64,000 nt of DNA from Phoronis australis. Lineage: Eukaryota; Animalia; Phoronida. The notes under the pieces are model-generated. The model did not search any database and was not told the origin of the DNA. It was given only the letters and a program-made list of their open reading frames with translations. Position numbers and translations under genes: made by a program. The DNA is taken from the NCBI GenBank assembly GCA_002633005.1, contig NMRA01000801.1, positions 76,600-140,599 of the forward strand, in the 5' to 3' direction. Position 1 is the first letter of the stretch, and each line of letters begins with the position of its first letter. Below are positions 21,473-33,194 of the stretch, piece after piece.

Positions 21473-24400
21473 ACTTATATAAATGTTACCGTTCTCCAAC
21501 GTTATCACGAACTCTGCCTTTTTCAGTTCTTGTTCCTGGATTCAGAAGTAGCCCTGAACCATAGGTTAAAAAGACATGGCTACGAAAACGAATCAAATTT
21601 TGAAAATCATCGCCTTCGTGTGATTACGTGTTGCTGTCGCCAGACTGTTGTTCTTCCCCAACATCAATGTCGAAAATCGACGTTACAAGTGATGGAAACT
21701 TGTGTCCTTTGTTCCTAACTTTTAACCCATTTTTTAAGAAAGGGGTGTACTGATTGTGTCTAACGTTGATAGAGCATAACTTTTGGTTTTTACAATGCAT
21801 TAATTGTGTTGAATGCATTCATATTAGGTGGCTTCATTGAGTTGAACAGAAAATAAGCTAAATGTAATATAATAAAGTTTTGAAAATAAAGAGAACAGTA
21901 AAACAGGACTCCCTAAAAATCGAGCTGTTTTCGAAAACTTAGCACCATGTTGATGATCTGANTTTATTCTTGGTCGAAAATGGCGGGCCGTCCGAAAATC
22001 ACGCGACTTTACCGTAGTAATTATCCCTTGTATCTGAATCATGTGCCAAATATTGCACCTTATGTTATCTTCCATGCCCATCTGGAGTCCAGCTTTTGCA
22101 GCTGTACCTCCAAAACCCATTAGTGGATGTCCATGAAGTTTTGTAAACATGTTCCTAGCATGAGCAAATTTTCGAATGAATCGGAATGCCGGCATGGCCC
22201 CTATTGGCAATTTTGTGTGTCTAACAGTATCTTAGGATTTCCTTGAAGGATTTTCTTGAAATTTGGTAGATAGGTATCTATTAAGCAGCACTTGACAGGT
22301 GAAAATGTCCACTTGAAAATACGAGTGATGGCATATTTGCACTTGTATTTTTGAATTTGGGTTCGTTAAATATAGCGACCAACAACAGGTTAGAACATCG
22401 CTCAGCTTGTACCTCACGGGTCATCAAATTTGGGACCGTATTTCTAATTTTTCCACTTGTATTTTCGATTGTTTCACTCATTGTGCCCGTTGCCAGTGCC
22501 AGTGGTCGCCAGAAACATCGTCCATTTAGTGTCTTCTGCAAATTGCATTTAACGATGGTTTGAATGAATGAATGAACAAGAAACCTTGTTGTTTCTTAAA
22601 ATGCTACCTATTGGCATGTAACACCACTGATAGCCAAGCTGAAGTCCATGAAAGACGGACGCTTACTAAAATAAGTAAATTCCATCATTTGACTTTTTTC
22701 TGTATTTTGATACCTCAACTGGATGTGTCAAAACTTTTATGGTTATTGTGTTCTCAAAGTTGTCCATGGAATATAGATAAAATAAACATAATTGTGCCGT
22801 TTTCGTATTGCTGATCATGAATGTTTTTGGAAAACAAGGGTAGTCATTTACCTGAACTGCCAGTTCTTAAATCCCGTCCACATACATACTTAACCTAGAA
22901 CAACTTGTGCTAGTGCAGCTTGTCCCACTAATAGTGGAGCGTCCACACACGCATATCTGATAACTAGCGCAAGGCAGCGGAAGGTGTTGCTCTGTGCTTT
23001 GAGCAGCTGATGGGAATACTCAGGTATTAAAGAAGACCAGTCTGTATGTAACCGCAGGTTTGCAGACGCACAGCTTTTAGAAGTGGCGCATGTTCCCCTT
23101 GAACAAGTTACCCTACCTTGATAAGGTGGAATTAGTTGACACAAGTGGGGAAAGTTACACTAGTTTAAATACTGTCTATGCAGCCCCCAAACCTAGCGAC
23201 CCCTCGTTCCAAGAGAAACTTGTTCCAGGGTAAGACTATGTGTGGACAACACTCTAAATGCAGACAATGTGTTGCTTGGGATACACATGTGAGCTTTTTG
23301 TGTTTTTCAAATAAAAGACTGTCACCATTCACATGCTGTTTCATCAGAAGGTAGATTGGACGTCTGATCTGCTGCCAGAAAAATATTCAACCTGAACGCA
23401 TGTCGGATGGATGTGACATCCTATCACCTGGCCTCAAACTGATTGGCAGATCAGCCTTCTTACCATGAGATGGCTACATTTCAAAGATGTAATCTGTGGT
23501 TATTGGGATTTCTGAACGATTCCTTGCCAGCACAGAGCTGCATGGGAACCCTTTCGGAAACGGGTACTATTGGATTCACCCTGGCTTCAGAACGCCTCAC
23601 ACCAGGGCATATGACAAGTAATTAATCACAACTGAATTTGTGACTAATTCTTGACACGTTGATTACAGCAAAATGACTCCCTAATTTGATCAGCTACACA
23701 ACAGTTGTGCGTCAACGTTGCTTGAAGTGATATATTTTGTGGACCCACTAAGATTGGAGATTACAAATTTTTGATCTTGGCGGAAAATTTCGTGGCTCTC
23801 ATTGAGCTACCATCTTTGTCAGGGAAATCCATATTTGTCCTGTGGTAGCGAGAGTCAGGGCCTGACCAGCGGTAGCAGTGGTGGTTATAGATGCTGCCTG
23901 TTGTGTACAGTAGCTTGCTAAGCATCAACATCAGACGAATGAGACCTACATCCTCCAGACGTCAGCAACTATCACAATAAGAGCCAGACGGCATGTAACC
24001 AACAGTACCTTTGGAATGTTCTGCCTTTACAGTTGCCACCAAACGATATGCAAAATTACCCTGTATACTACCTAGTCTCATGATGTTTAAAATTATGTAC
24101 ACTCCCAAATTGTAGAAATCTGCCATTGTCACGAAGTGATTCTTGACTTTCAAAGCACTGAAATCATAAACAAAGTTAGAACAGATATATTATGCACAAT
24201 TGTGAATCAACGAGACAGTGATATGCCGAATGTTGCATAATTAGGTAAAGGGTAAACACTGTCAGTTTAAATAAATGTCTGTCGTCCTGGTGAAGAGTCC
24301 AATGTACTGGAGAGTTCTAGTGTATTCTCTACTATTGTACCAATGTAGAGTGAGTCGAGTTGTGTTTCAGTCTATTACAACGCTGTAGACACACACATGT

Positions 24401-25080
24401 GACAACACGACGCGGCTATTTACAAGAGACCAACTGTCTAATTACCACCAAGTCAGGGTACGATCATTCCGCATTCACACCACTTTGACTTCATGACCTC
24501 TAGTTGATAACTATAAACCCATCTCCTAACTCTCAGACGTAACTTCCTCATGCAGAATCCACACTCTGCAACTCTTGGCTGACTGTGATAGCCCTCAAGT
24601 TCCACATTTGCATACAAATAATGCTAGCCTGTACCTTTTACAGACTAGCGAATGAGGCTGGCCACTAGTATTTCAAACCTCAACAGGCACTTGTGCAACA
24701 AATTTGACCTATTGCCAGGACTTAAAGTGACGGCTTACTGACCATTTAGTACTCATCATTCTTGACACACCTTTGTTTCCAAGCCGCTTTTACCCGACAA
24801 ACAACACGTTGCTTGGTAAAAGTTAGTGGACATTACGCAAGGAGACGAAGCTTGCATAGGTCAATTCATCCTCTGGCTTTCATGTCTCAATAAACAACAA
24901 CAGAGCATGAGCTACACTGGACACTCAATACCAGTAGTGCCCCCACCCAATTGTTTGAAGGAAATAATTTCACTGTTCAACTGTATAACACTGTGCAATG
25001 CGTAGGGTATGTTCACAAACAAATGAGCCCCACTCAAAAATCCACGAAAGACAATCCTTTTTTAATCTCCTTGACCTAAG

Positions 25081-26095
25081 ATGGCGGGCGTGGTGTTAAA
25101 AATGGCCTGTTGTCGATTTGGGTAACTGAACGAAGTACTGCTCAAAAAAAGTTTGATTACTGTAACGTCGTCGGTGTACGACGTATAAAAACCAATTGAA
25201 TGATATAAGAGTTAAATTATCAAAGTATTCAGCATTAAAGCAAACGACATCCAAGTGACTAAAACACATGCAAGAAAACTATACACGCTAAGGATATACG
25301 TCATAGTGACACGTGATTAACAGTCATACATTTAAGTGCTACCGGAACTATAAACATCTGGTAGAAATTCAATACATGACAATTACGGGAGTATTTGTTC
25401 GAGTTGGAAAGAATTAGAGACATTGTCTTGACTGCCTCCTAAAGTGTGGGTTGTTCTAAAGCTCCCTCGACTCCCTCACCCCATGACCTAATTGCCCCTC
25501 ATCCCACACGACCTGCAGCAATAGAAAAAATTACGCAAATTTTTGCCGGGCTAAATGAGCTTGAGACTAACCACTATCATATGGTTCAACAGAGCAGTTG
25601 ACGGTCATTGGCATCGCTGATTTTTGCGAAAATAAAGGCAAAAGAAAAACACATCCACGGAAGAAAATCAAAATTTTTTTATAAAAAAGCTCCGAACAAC
25701 TGTGAAGTGTTGTCTAAGATAAATTGAATGTAATTTTGATGACTTTTGGGCATTTCATTCTTCTTTTCTTATCATTGATATCAACCAAGGATGCGTTATA
25801 AACTCCTGCTACAGTGCTGTACTGTTTAGTCTTAACCTGTGGATTTTCCCCACACTTGAATATCCCCACTGGCCTTGTGAGCTGGAGGTCTGTTTCTTCT
25901 GATTTTGGTTATGTAACATTTTCCAGCTGAGTACAGAAATGCCATTAATCTTCTATTTTGTTTCTATTTAAATGTAGGTCACAGGTCAAAAGGTCACCTG
26001 ATGACACTGTGGAGCCAGCTGACCTACAGAAAAGAGGTCCTCCTCACCATGTGGAATTATTTGTGCAAGACATAGCAGCCATTCAAATTACAAAG
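25081..26095 (+). other. Candidate first two exons of an unidentified gene (25081..25121, 25978..26095)
   Basis: YY1/Kozak-like AAGATGGCGG; donor GG|GTAACT at 25122; acceptor after a T-rich tract ending 25977; donor AAG|GTACTC at 26096; phases are compatible, giving MAGVVLKMACCRFGSQVKRSPDDTVEPADLQKRGPPHHVELFVQDIAAIQITK. Confidence 0.35.
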
Positions 26096-26699
26096 GTACT
26101 CCATAGTCAATCTCTTTTACAGAAGTACTCTTGCATTTCTTAGTTTTGGTGGTATTTATAATTAGTCTGACATTGTTTTCGACATTTGTTTAAATGCTGA
26201 TAACAAAAATGAATATGAAAAGTGTATTGCTGCTGCCTCATTTTTGCTGGTCAGTTAGTTCAATAGGCTGATTTGCGACTGGAATAGTTGCGTGTGTGCA
26301 TTTCATACTTTAAACCTTAAAATTAACTGATGAGTCTTTCTAGTGGAATGTAACCTATACATTTTTTGTAACAGATTGAGTTATCTAACTGACTTGTCTT
26401 GAAAGTTAAGATCATGGAGGACCCTAGAAAAATATCCAAATTTGGCTAACTTCGGAACATCACATCTTAGAAGTGACTGATGATATTCACACGAAACTTT
26501 CAGATATCCTTAAACAGTGTTATGATTTGTTTTTTAGATGTTCCACTTTTGCATGAGGAGTTTGCAAAAATAGAACTTGTGCGATTATTTCGAGAAATCT
26601 CTCAAAATTTAGATGGAACAAATTGAAACGATATTTTTGAAAACTATTAGCGTTTTTGAGAGTTCATCTTGAACATTAATATAAAACGAAATCTTGTCC

Positions 26700-27130
26700 T
26701 TAGGGCAAAATTTCTATGGGTCTACGGTCCAAGGTAGTATACAAATTTATCTGTGCTGGATGTGGCTCCAGTTATATAGGCGAAACTGTTCGCCATTTGA
26801 AAACCAGGACCAAGGAGCATCTAAATTCTGACAATAATTCACATGTAAATATTCACCTGCAGAGCTCCAATCATTGTTATCAGCAGTGCTCTTTCAATGA
26901 CTTTGCAATAATAGACCAGGCAGTAACAACAAAGGAGCTTAAAATTCTTGAGGCTTTACCTATCAGTTGGTGCAAGCCCTATCTCAATAGACAACTGACA
27001 CACCACAGGTTGTCATTGTTGGTCTAGTCCACTGTATTATGACTTCTGAGGATGGTGTTTAATAAATGACACCGAAACATGTCAAGTTTTAAAACCGTTG
27101 TTGTTTTCGTGAATATATGCTCTTACTTGC
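26700..27130 (+). mobile_element. Penelope-like retroelement 3' remnant (GIY-YIG endonuclease plus pseudo-LTR)
   Basis: ORF 26716..27027: VVYKFICAGCGSSYIGETVRHLKTRTKEH...ILEAL.I...KPYLNRQ. Confidence 0.88.
27041..27088 (+). ncRNA. Minimal type I hammerhead ribozyme motif (Penelope-associated)
   Basis: GACTT-CTGAGGA-T-GGTGT(loop)ACACC-GAAA-CATG-TC-AAGTT: core CUGANGA/GAAA, stem II GGTGT/ACACC, palindromic stem III ACATGT, GUC cleavage triplet, stem I ACTT/AAGT. Confidence 0.8.
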
Positions 27131-27495
27131 TATCATGGATATCCACATTTATTCAAACGGAGACGAGGCACAATTAACTCAAAAAACGCCACGAGACTGT
27201 CTACTCTTGAGTACCTAATAGCCATATTTATACGTTTATTTTTTTCAGACTCGTTTTCCGGTCTATACGATGCTTATTCGAATCTCTACGTTTATTAATT
27301 TTCTAACTTTTTACTGTGCTACACGATTAATATTTTCAGCAAGTTCACAGTTTTTGTTTCATTCAATACAAATTTGTTACACAAAAACTTCGCTAATGAC
27401 ACCGGGTATCGTACCTTGGTCCTAAGACGAAGGGAATTCGCTGTAAATCTCTAGAGACACTAAGTTCAGGATTTGTAATTTAGGAGAGCTATATA

Positions 27496-28173
27496 CAGGG
27501 CTTGGAATTTTCCGCGAAATCGTGGATTTACGCTTTTTTCAAATGCGCTTTCCGCTTTTTTTATAATATTTCTGCGTAAAAAAATCGGATTTGATATAAA
27601 ATTTCCGCGGCAAATTCCTTTCTTACCGCGGCGTTGCAGACGACGCTCACCTCGAAAAGCGGAAGTTGCTCTTATGTTTCGGAGGAACGTAAATTGTCAA
27701 CATTGCCAGGGCATCTGGGACATCGTGGTGGGATTTTCTATGGCGTCTCGTGTTATTGTTAAGCGCGGCGACAAATACTACCGCTCTGCAGCCAAAAATG
27801 TGTGGGTTGGGAGTGGACGGGCGAGCTAAAAGGACGCAGACGCATGCTACTGATGGTGGTAACGTTTTTTTTTTNNNNNNNNNNNNNNNNNNNNNNNNNN
27901 NNNNNNNNNNNNNNNNNNNNNNNNNNNNNNNNNNNNNNNNNNNNNNNNNNNNNNNNNNNNNNNNNNNNNNNNNNNNNNNNNNNNNNNNNNNNNNNNNNNN
28001 NNNNNNNNNNNNNNNNNNNNNNNNNNNNNNNNNNNNNNNNNNNTTTTAGTCCTCCCAATTTTTCTCGGTGAAAGGTTAACATTGACCATTTCAAGACTGG
28101 TTATCGGGCATGATTTGGGCCGTAAAAGTTTCAAAGTTTCCGCGTTTTTTGTCATTGGTCATTCCAAGCCCGG
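27496..28173. mobile_element. MITE with CAGGGCTTGGAA TIRs, copy 1 (longer, contains a gap)
   Basis: TIRs; flanks TATATA / TATATG; homologous to 63032-63424. Confidence 0.8.
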
Positions 28174-29531
28174 TATATGCGACTCCACGTTACACACGAA
28201 AGTCATATGTCATACACATTAAAGAATATAGAACTGTACGTTTCAAAGCGTAAAATAATCGGACTCCCAAGCAAGGCAGCGGCCGTCTGTTGGACAGCCA
28301 GAATTTTATTTTGGAGGGGATCGGTCAGAATTAAGAAAGTGTTGGCAAAATTTAAAAAACCTTGAAATGATTACCACTTTCTCAATATTAACGGCTGGTC
28401 GGCAGTCGCTGAAAGAAATAGGCCATCAGTAATTTTAGAAATGAAAAATTTAATCTACAAAAGTGCTTTCTTAACGTATTTTTCAATATTCCGCACGCCG
28501 GTGACACAGATCGGTGCTACCAGCAGCTCAACATACATCTGAATAAAAACGCTTTCGACAAGTTTCTAATGGCTGATCCGATATTTATGATTGCACCCTG
28601 TGAAAAGAAAGTGAACAATGGATATGCCTATCTATCGATATATATGCGACGAGCTTGCGACCTAGTTTCCCATGGGTACTTACTACTTCGTGTAATGTAA
28701 TTCACATCATTGTACCTCATTTGTAATCGTCAAATTAGTTTCTTGTTTGTCTCATATCTGCCAACATTTCACTACATCTGATTTTTCAACTGCTGACATT
28801 GTTACCCCTTTTCAAAATGTTGTCACAATATTCCCCTGGTTAATTCCAAAATCAGTGTATCCTTATCATGCTCTGTTGTCCTCTAGCACTTGTGGCCTTT
28901 TCGTTAGTAGTTTTACTGTGTGAAAAATGACGCATGCATTTATTGGCATAGGCTAAAATATGACCCTTATTAATTTTTGCAAAAATTGCTTTCTTTGGTC
29001 CCCCTTAATCGTCTTTAAGAAGTATGCATGTCGTGCAGCCATGCATGACAAAGAAAATGAAAGTGGCCGCCAGAAACCCATCAGCTGTGAACTGATGTGC
29101 CAAAGTTCACGAAGTTTCTCGGACGTCAAATCTGACCCTGTTCCTGTCCTTGCTGCTACGTGAGAGCATTCATTTTTCCTTCTTGATCCTTTGGCCTATA
29201 AGTACCTGTATTTTAGAATTATTGACCAGGATATTGTTCTGAGCTAGGATATATATGTTCTAAGATATTTGGCTCATTTATATCTCCATTTGTGTTTTCT
29301 GTATGCCTGTTTCAGCGTTTTATTTATTTCTTAACAACCAATTTACCATTTTTCAAAATTTGTGTTTTCGCATGGCATAAGGTGTGAATTCAAAGTAATG
29401 TGTTCATATTTGAGGCAGTTCATTCAGTCCCTTGTGTATTGTGACTGTAGCATCACATGTTTCATAACCAGCATGAGTATGTCACAGGTATTGACTTGTG
29501 GCTAATTTATTCAATATCTGAATGTGTTCAA

Positions 29532-29973
29532 AGTCGCATTTACACAGGAGACAGTTGACCCGGCACAGCTAACACGGAACAGCTGCTCCAGTGCAAGTGT
29601 GTGTAAACACGACTGACACGGAGCAAGTGACACCGCAGCGTCCAGATTTTAACATTGGCTTGACGGGTAGAGTGAGTTACACTCGATCAGTTGCTCCAGT
29701 GTCAACTACACGTCTAAACAAAACTCGGGCACAGCGGAAATAGATCATCTTTCAATGCGCTTGCGCAATAGCGTGTAGTCGGGTGATCAACTGGCATTCC
29801 ATGGGGTTTGGGCATTCGCTATTGTTTATGCAAGCCTGCGCATACAGTATTCATGTAAGTGACTCATGCTGATCCAGTTTGCGATCTAAATATCGTGTAA
29901 ATGCGACTAAAGTGGAGCAAGTCGCGCCGTGACCACTAACACGGTGACGACTGTCTCTTGTGTAAAAGTGGCT
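29532..29973. mobile_element. PIF/Harbinger-type MITE, 3-bp TSD CAA
   Basis: TIRs AGTCGCATTTACACAGGAGACAGT / ACTGTCTCTTGTGTAAAAGTGGCT; CAA on both sides. Confidence 0.7.
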
Positions 29974-30017
29974 CAACACTCCCCAGGTTTTGATTTTTTT
30001 GTGTGGAACACCCTTAA

Positions 30018-30512
30018 AGGAGAATGCCACCCAAAAACAACCAATTTAGGTCGAGTAGTTCTACTCGATAACGGTACGTTCGGTTGCGTTACGTGACACC
30101 TGACGGCAGACGGAGGTGTTGAAATTATCCAATGACGTCATTGGTTTCACACGCAGTCTGTTCAGCAGTTCACAACAGGGGTTACTGGTGTCAGCATATC
30201 GCTTGAATTCATCATTTAACACCAATAAATCACCCATACTTCGATGTAAAACCCTTAAAAATACACAGAGCTCTTATAAAAACATGTTTTTTTATTTCGC
30301 TGTTACGGATTTATTGGTATTTGGACACACCGTAGCCTACAAAGTTCGGCAGGCCAATTTACCAAGGTCCGTAGCAGGAGTTGGGGTCTGTTCGGAGATA
30401 AATTCGAAGTATTCTTCCGTGAAATACAGACAAGAGAACCTACAAGAGGCGATGTGGTTATAGACCGATTAAGACGGTAAAAAAGACTAATTAAATTGGG
30501 TGCCGTTCTCCT
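30018..30512. mobile_element. Non-autonomous Kolobok element, TTAA TSD
   Basis: TTAA|AGGAGAATGCCACCCAA ... TTGGGTGCCGTTCTCCT|TTAA; both ends are shared with 42913-44598. Confidence 0.8.
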
Positions 30513-30799
30513 TTAAATTTTGTTTTAAACTTGTGGGTTGGGCATTTTTGTGCTTGAGGGAATCAAGGTGATTTTAAATCGTTCACGGTTGTGTTGCTAA
30601 ATTAAAAATGGCATTTTATATGTTCACCCGAGTGATGACAAGTTTTCCAGTTGCAAATCATTTTCACTAACATTTCTTTCTTATTACCTGTGAGGCTTTT
30701 AGGGGATACGCATACAAACTGTCTACTCTTTACATGGAAAACTTTTTGCCATGCCATTTTATGTAAAAATACAATACTGACAACTGACAAATGTCATCA

Positions 30800-31110
30800 G
30801 TTCCCCAACCCTTTTCAGCACACAGGATTTCTTTAAGGGCATCACCCAGACTTTTTCTTACTCTCATTGATGTGGGGAATGTGAAGAATTAATGATCACG
30901 CCTCCACGGGTATTCGTCCAGTTTATCTAACTTTTTCACATCGAAGTTACAGCTCACTGTACAGCAGTAATACTTCGTTGGCATTGGAAGGATGAATAGA
31001 GTACTGCAACGGAGAAAAGCTTGTAAGGAATTCGACAACAACAAATTACATGTGAAACTCCAGTGGCACGAAAACGAAGCAGCAAATGTGCCTGACGGAT
31101 GTTTACGGCA
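30800..31110 (-). pseudogene. Degraded THAP-domain (transposon-derived) fragment, copy 1
   Basis: MPTKYYCCTVSCNFDVKKLDKLDEYPWRRDH*FFTFP from 30984; homologous to 36370-36725. Confidence 0.5.
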
Positions 31111-31947
31111 TTGTGGGTAAATACAGTGAGGTTCGAGTTTGCGTGCACGTAAACTGGGATGACTCTATTGATGGCAGTTTAACCTTGATCCTACTCCTTT
31201 GATGTACAAATAATCTAGAGGCCTATAAAACCTCTTGTGAAAATGCCAGATATTTCATGCTGAATTGCCATTTGGCACCAGTATACTATTTGAGAAACTG
31301 CCTGCATTTTAACTAGTACGTAAACCAACAGCTGTGAAGCTGTGATGTTGGACCACCTTGGTCTGTGTGCTATTGGGCTTAAAATCTCTACAACTGAAGG
31401 CATAATATAGAAAAAGAGTGTAATGATGTGTTATTTTCTCATTTGTGGCGTAAACGATAAGCAACGCTAAATTAATGCTATATGTGTGTTGTTTTCAAGT
31501 AATTTGCTGTCTTCTCATGTCGCTCAACGTTCAGCAAGTACACACAGGCCAATCCAGAAATTGACCTTTCAATCAGTGCACATCCAAGTGAATTATTAGG
31601 ATTCAATGCCTCTATTGGAAAATAGGAGCGATACCCAGATTGCCTATTTCAGAAACACCCAATGCATAGTCGTTCAATACTGATACAGTGTACTATCTGA
31701 CGAACTCAGGACATGTTTTTAAAATTGATTTTAGCTAAAATTTGTTAATGAGTGTACCTGTGTAGTCTGTGTTCTCCACAACCTGTTTTGACTGCCATCT
31801 GCGTAGAGTTTGAATTTTGCTGTGATGGGTTCGGCTTACTTGCGTAGAGTGTGAAAACCTACATAATGAGATTGAAGTGTTAGGAGATTTGTATTTTCTT
31901 AAGCAAATTTGACATTTTGGACTTCTGCTAACAGTTCAATACATTCA

Positions 31948-33194
31948 TTTTTATTCGTTCACATGTAAATATGCCGTCATTTCCGTCCGTCGGGGCGGCG
32001 TCCGTTCGTCCGGGCGGCATCCGCCGCTTTATCTCCAAAACCCTTTGACATACGTTCATGAAATTTGGCACATATGTTCCATACATGAATGGGACGGCGT
32101 GAGCGAACTTTCGAACGGATCCGACTATGAGTGTGCCCCCTAATGGCAATTTTAGTTTTTACGCTTACCTTTGTGTCTTCAAAAGTCCTGAACGGATGTT
32201 CATGAAATTTGGTATGTAGGCACCTATTAATGAGATGACGGCATCCTGCCGTTTTCAGATGGATTCGACGTAGTTTGCACCACCTAGTGGCCGTTTTTAC
32301 TGTTTTCGAGCCTGTTTATTTGCGTCCATCCCTCTATCAACCAAACCGCTCAAAGGATGATTGTGAAAATTGGCATGTATTTGCTTACTGTAAAGAGGAT
32401 GGTTGACGATGATTTTCCGACGATTTTCTCTACTGCGGCGCCTCCTAGTGGCAGTTTTGTTTTTGTTGCGCTTATGGCTATATGTCCTAAACCGTTCACA
32501 GGAACTTTACTTAATTTAGCAAGTGTATTTATATGATGTTGACTACGGATGACGACGACTTTCGGCCAGATCCGACTACTGCTGTGTCCTCTAGTGGCAA
32601 TATTAGTTTTTTACGTTTAACTCCGTATCTTCAAAGGTCCTCAACAGATTTTCATAAAATTTTAAATATAGGCATCTATTGGTGTGATGATGCTATCTTC
32701 CTGTTTTTGGATGGAATTCAGGTATTTTGCACCACCTAGTGGCCATTTTTGCTGTTTTCAAATCTTGTTTTTGGCGTCCACCCCTGTATCAACCAAATTA
32801 TTTGAAAATTGGCATATATGTTCTCAGTGTTAAGACGACCTTTGATGATGGTGACTGAATACTGTGGCGCCTCCTAGTGGTAGTTTTGTTTTGCGCCCAT
32901 ACGGTATATCCTAAACCCACTGTAGGATCTTTACTAAGTTTAGTAAGTGTATTTATATAAAGATAACAACAGACGACGACGACTTTCAGGCGGATCCAAT
33001 GGACACTGTTCCCACTAAGTGGCAATTTCATTTTATTCCGTTTTCCTTTGGTTCTCTGAAGTTCCTTGACAGATTTTTATGAAATATGGCATGTTCCTGT
33101 TTTTTGGATGGATTGTATGCTTTTGCGCCATCTAGTGGCCATCTTTATGATACAAATAAATAACCCGCATTTCAACGCTTCGCGTTGATCTTGT
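31948..33194 (+). mobile_element. HINE/DINE-1-like element copy
   Basis: Same microsatellite, internal array and 3' CAACGCTTCGCGTTG hairpin. Confidence 0.8.

Noticed and set aside
26475-26510. CTGATGA...GAAA hammerhead-like core
   Set aside because: No stem II can form, and the homologous repeat near 62540 lacks the core.
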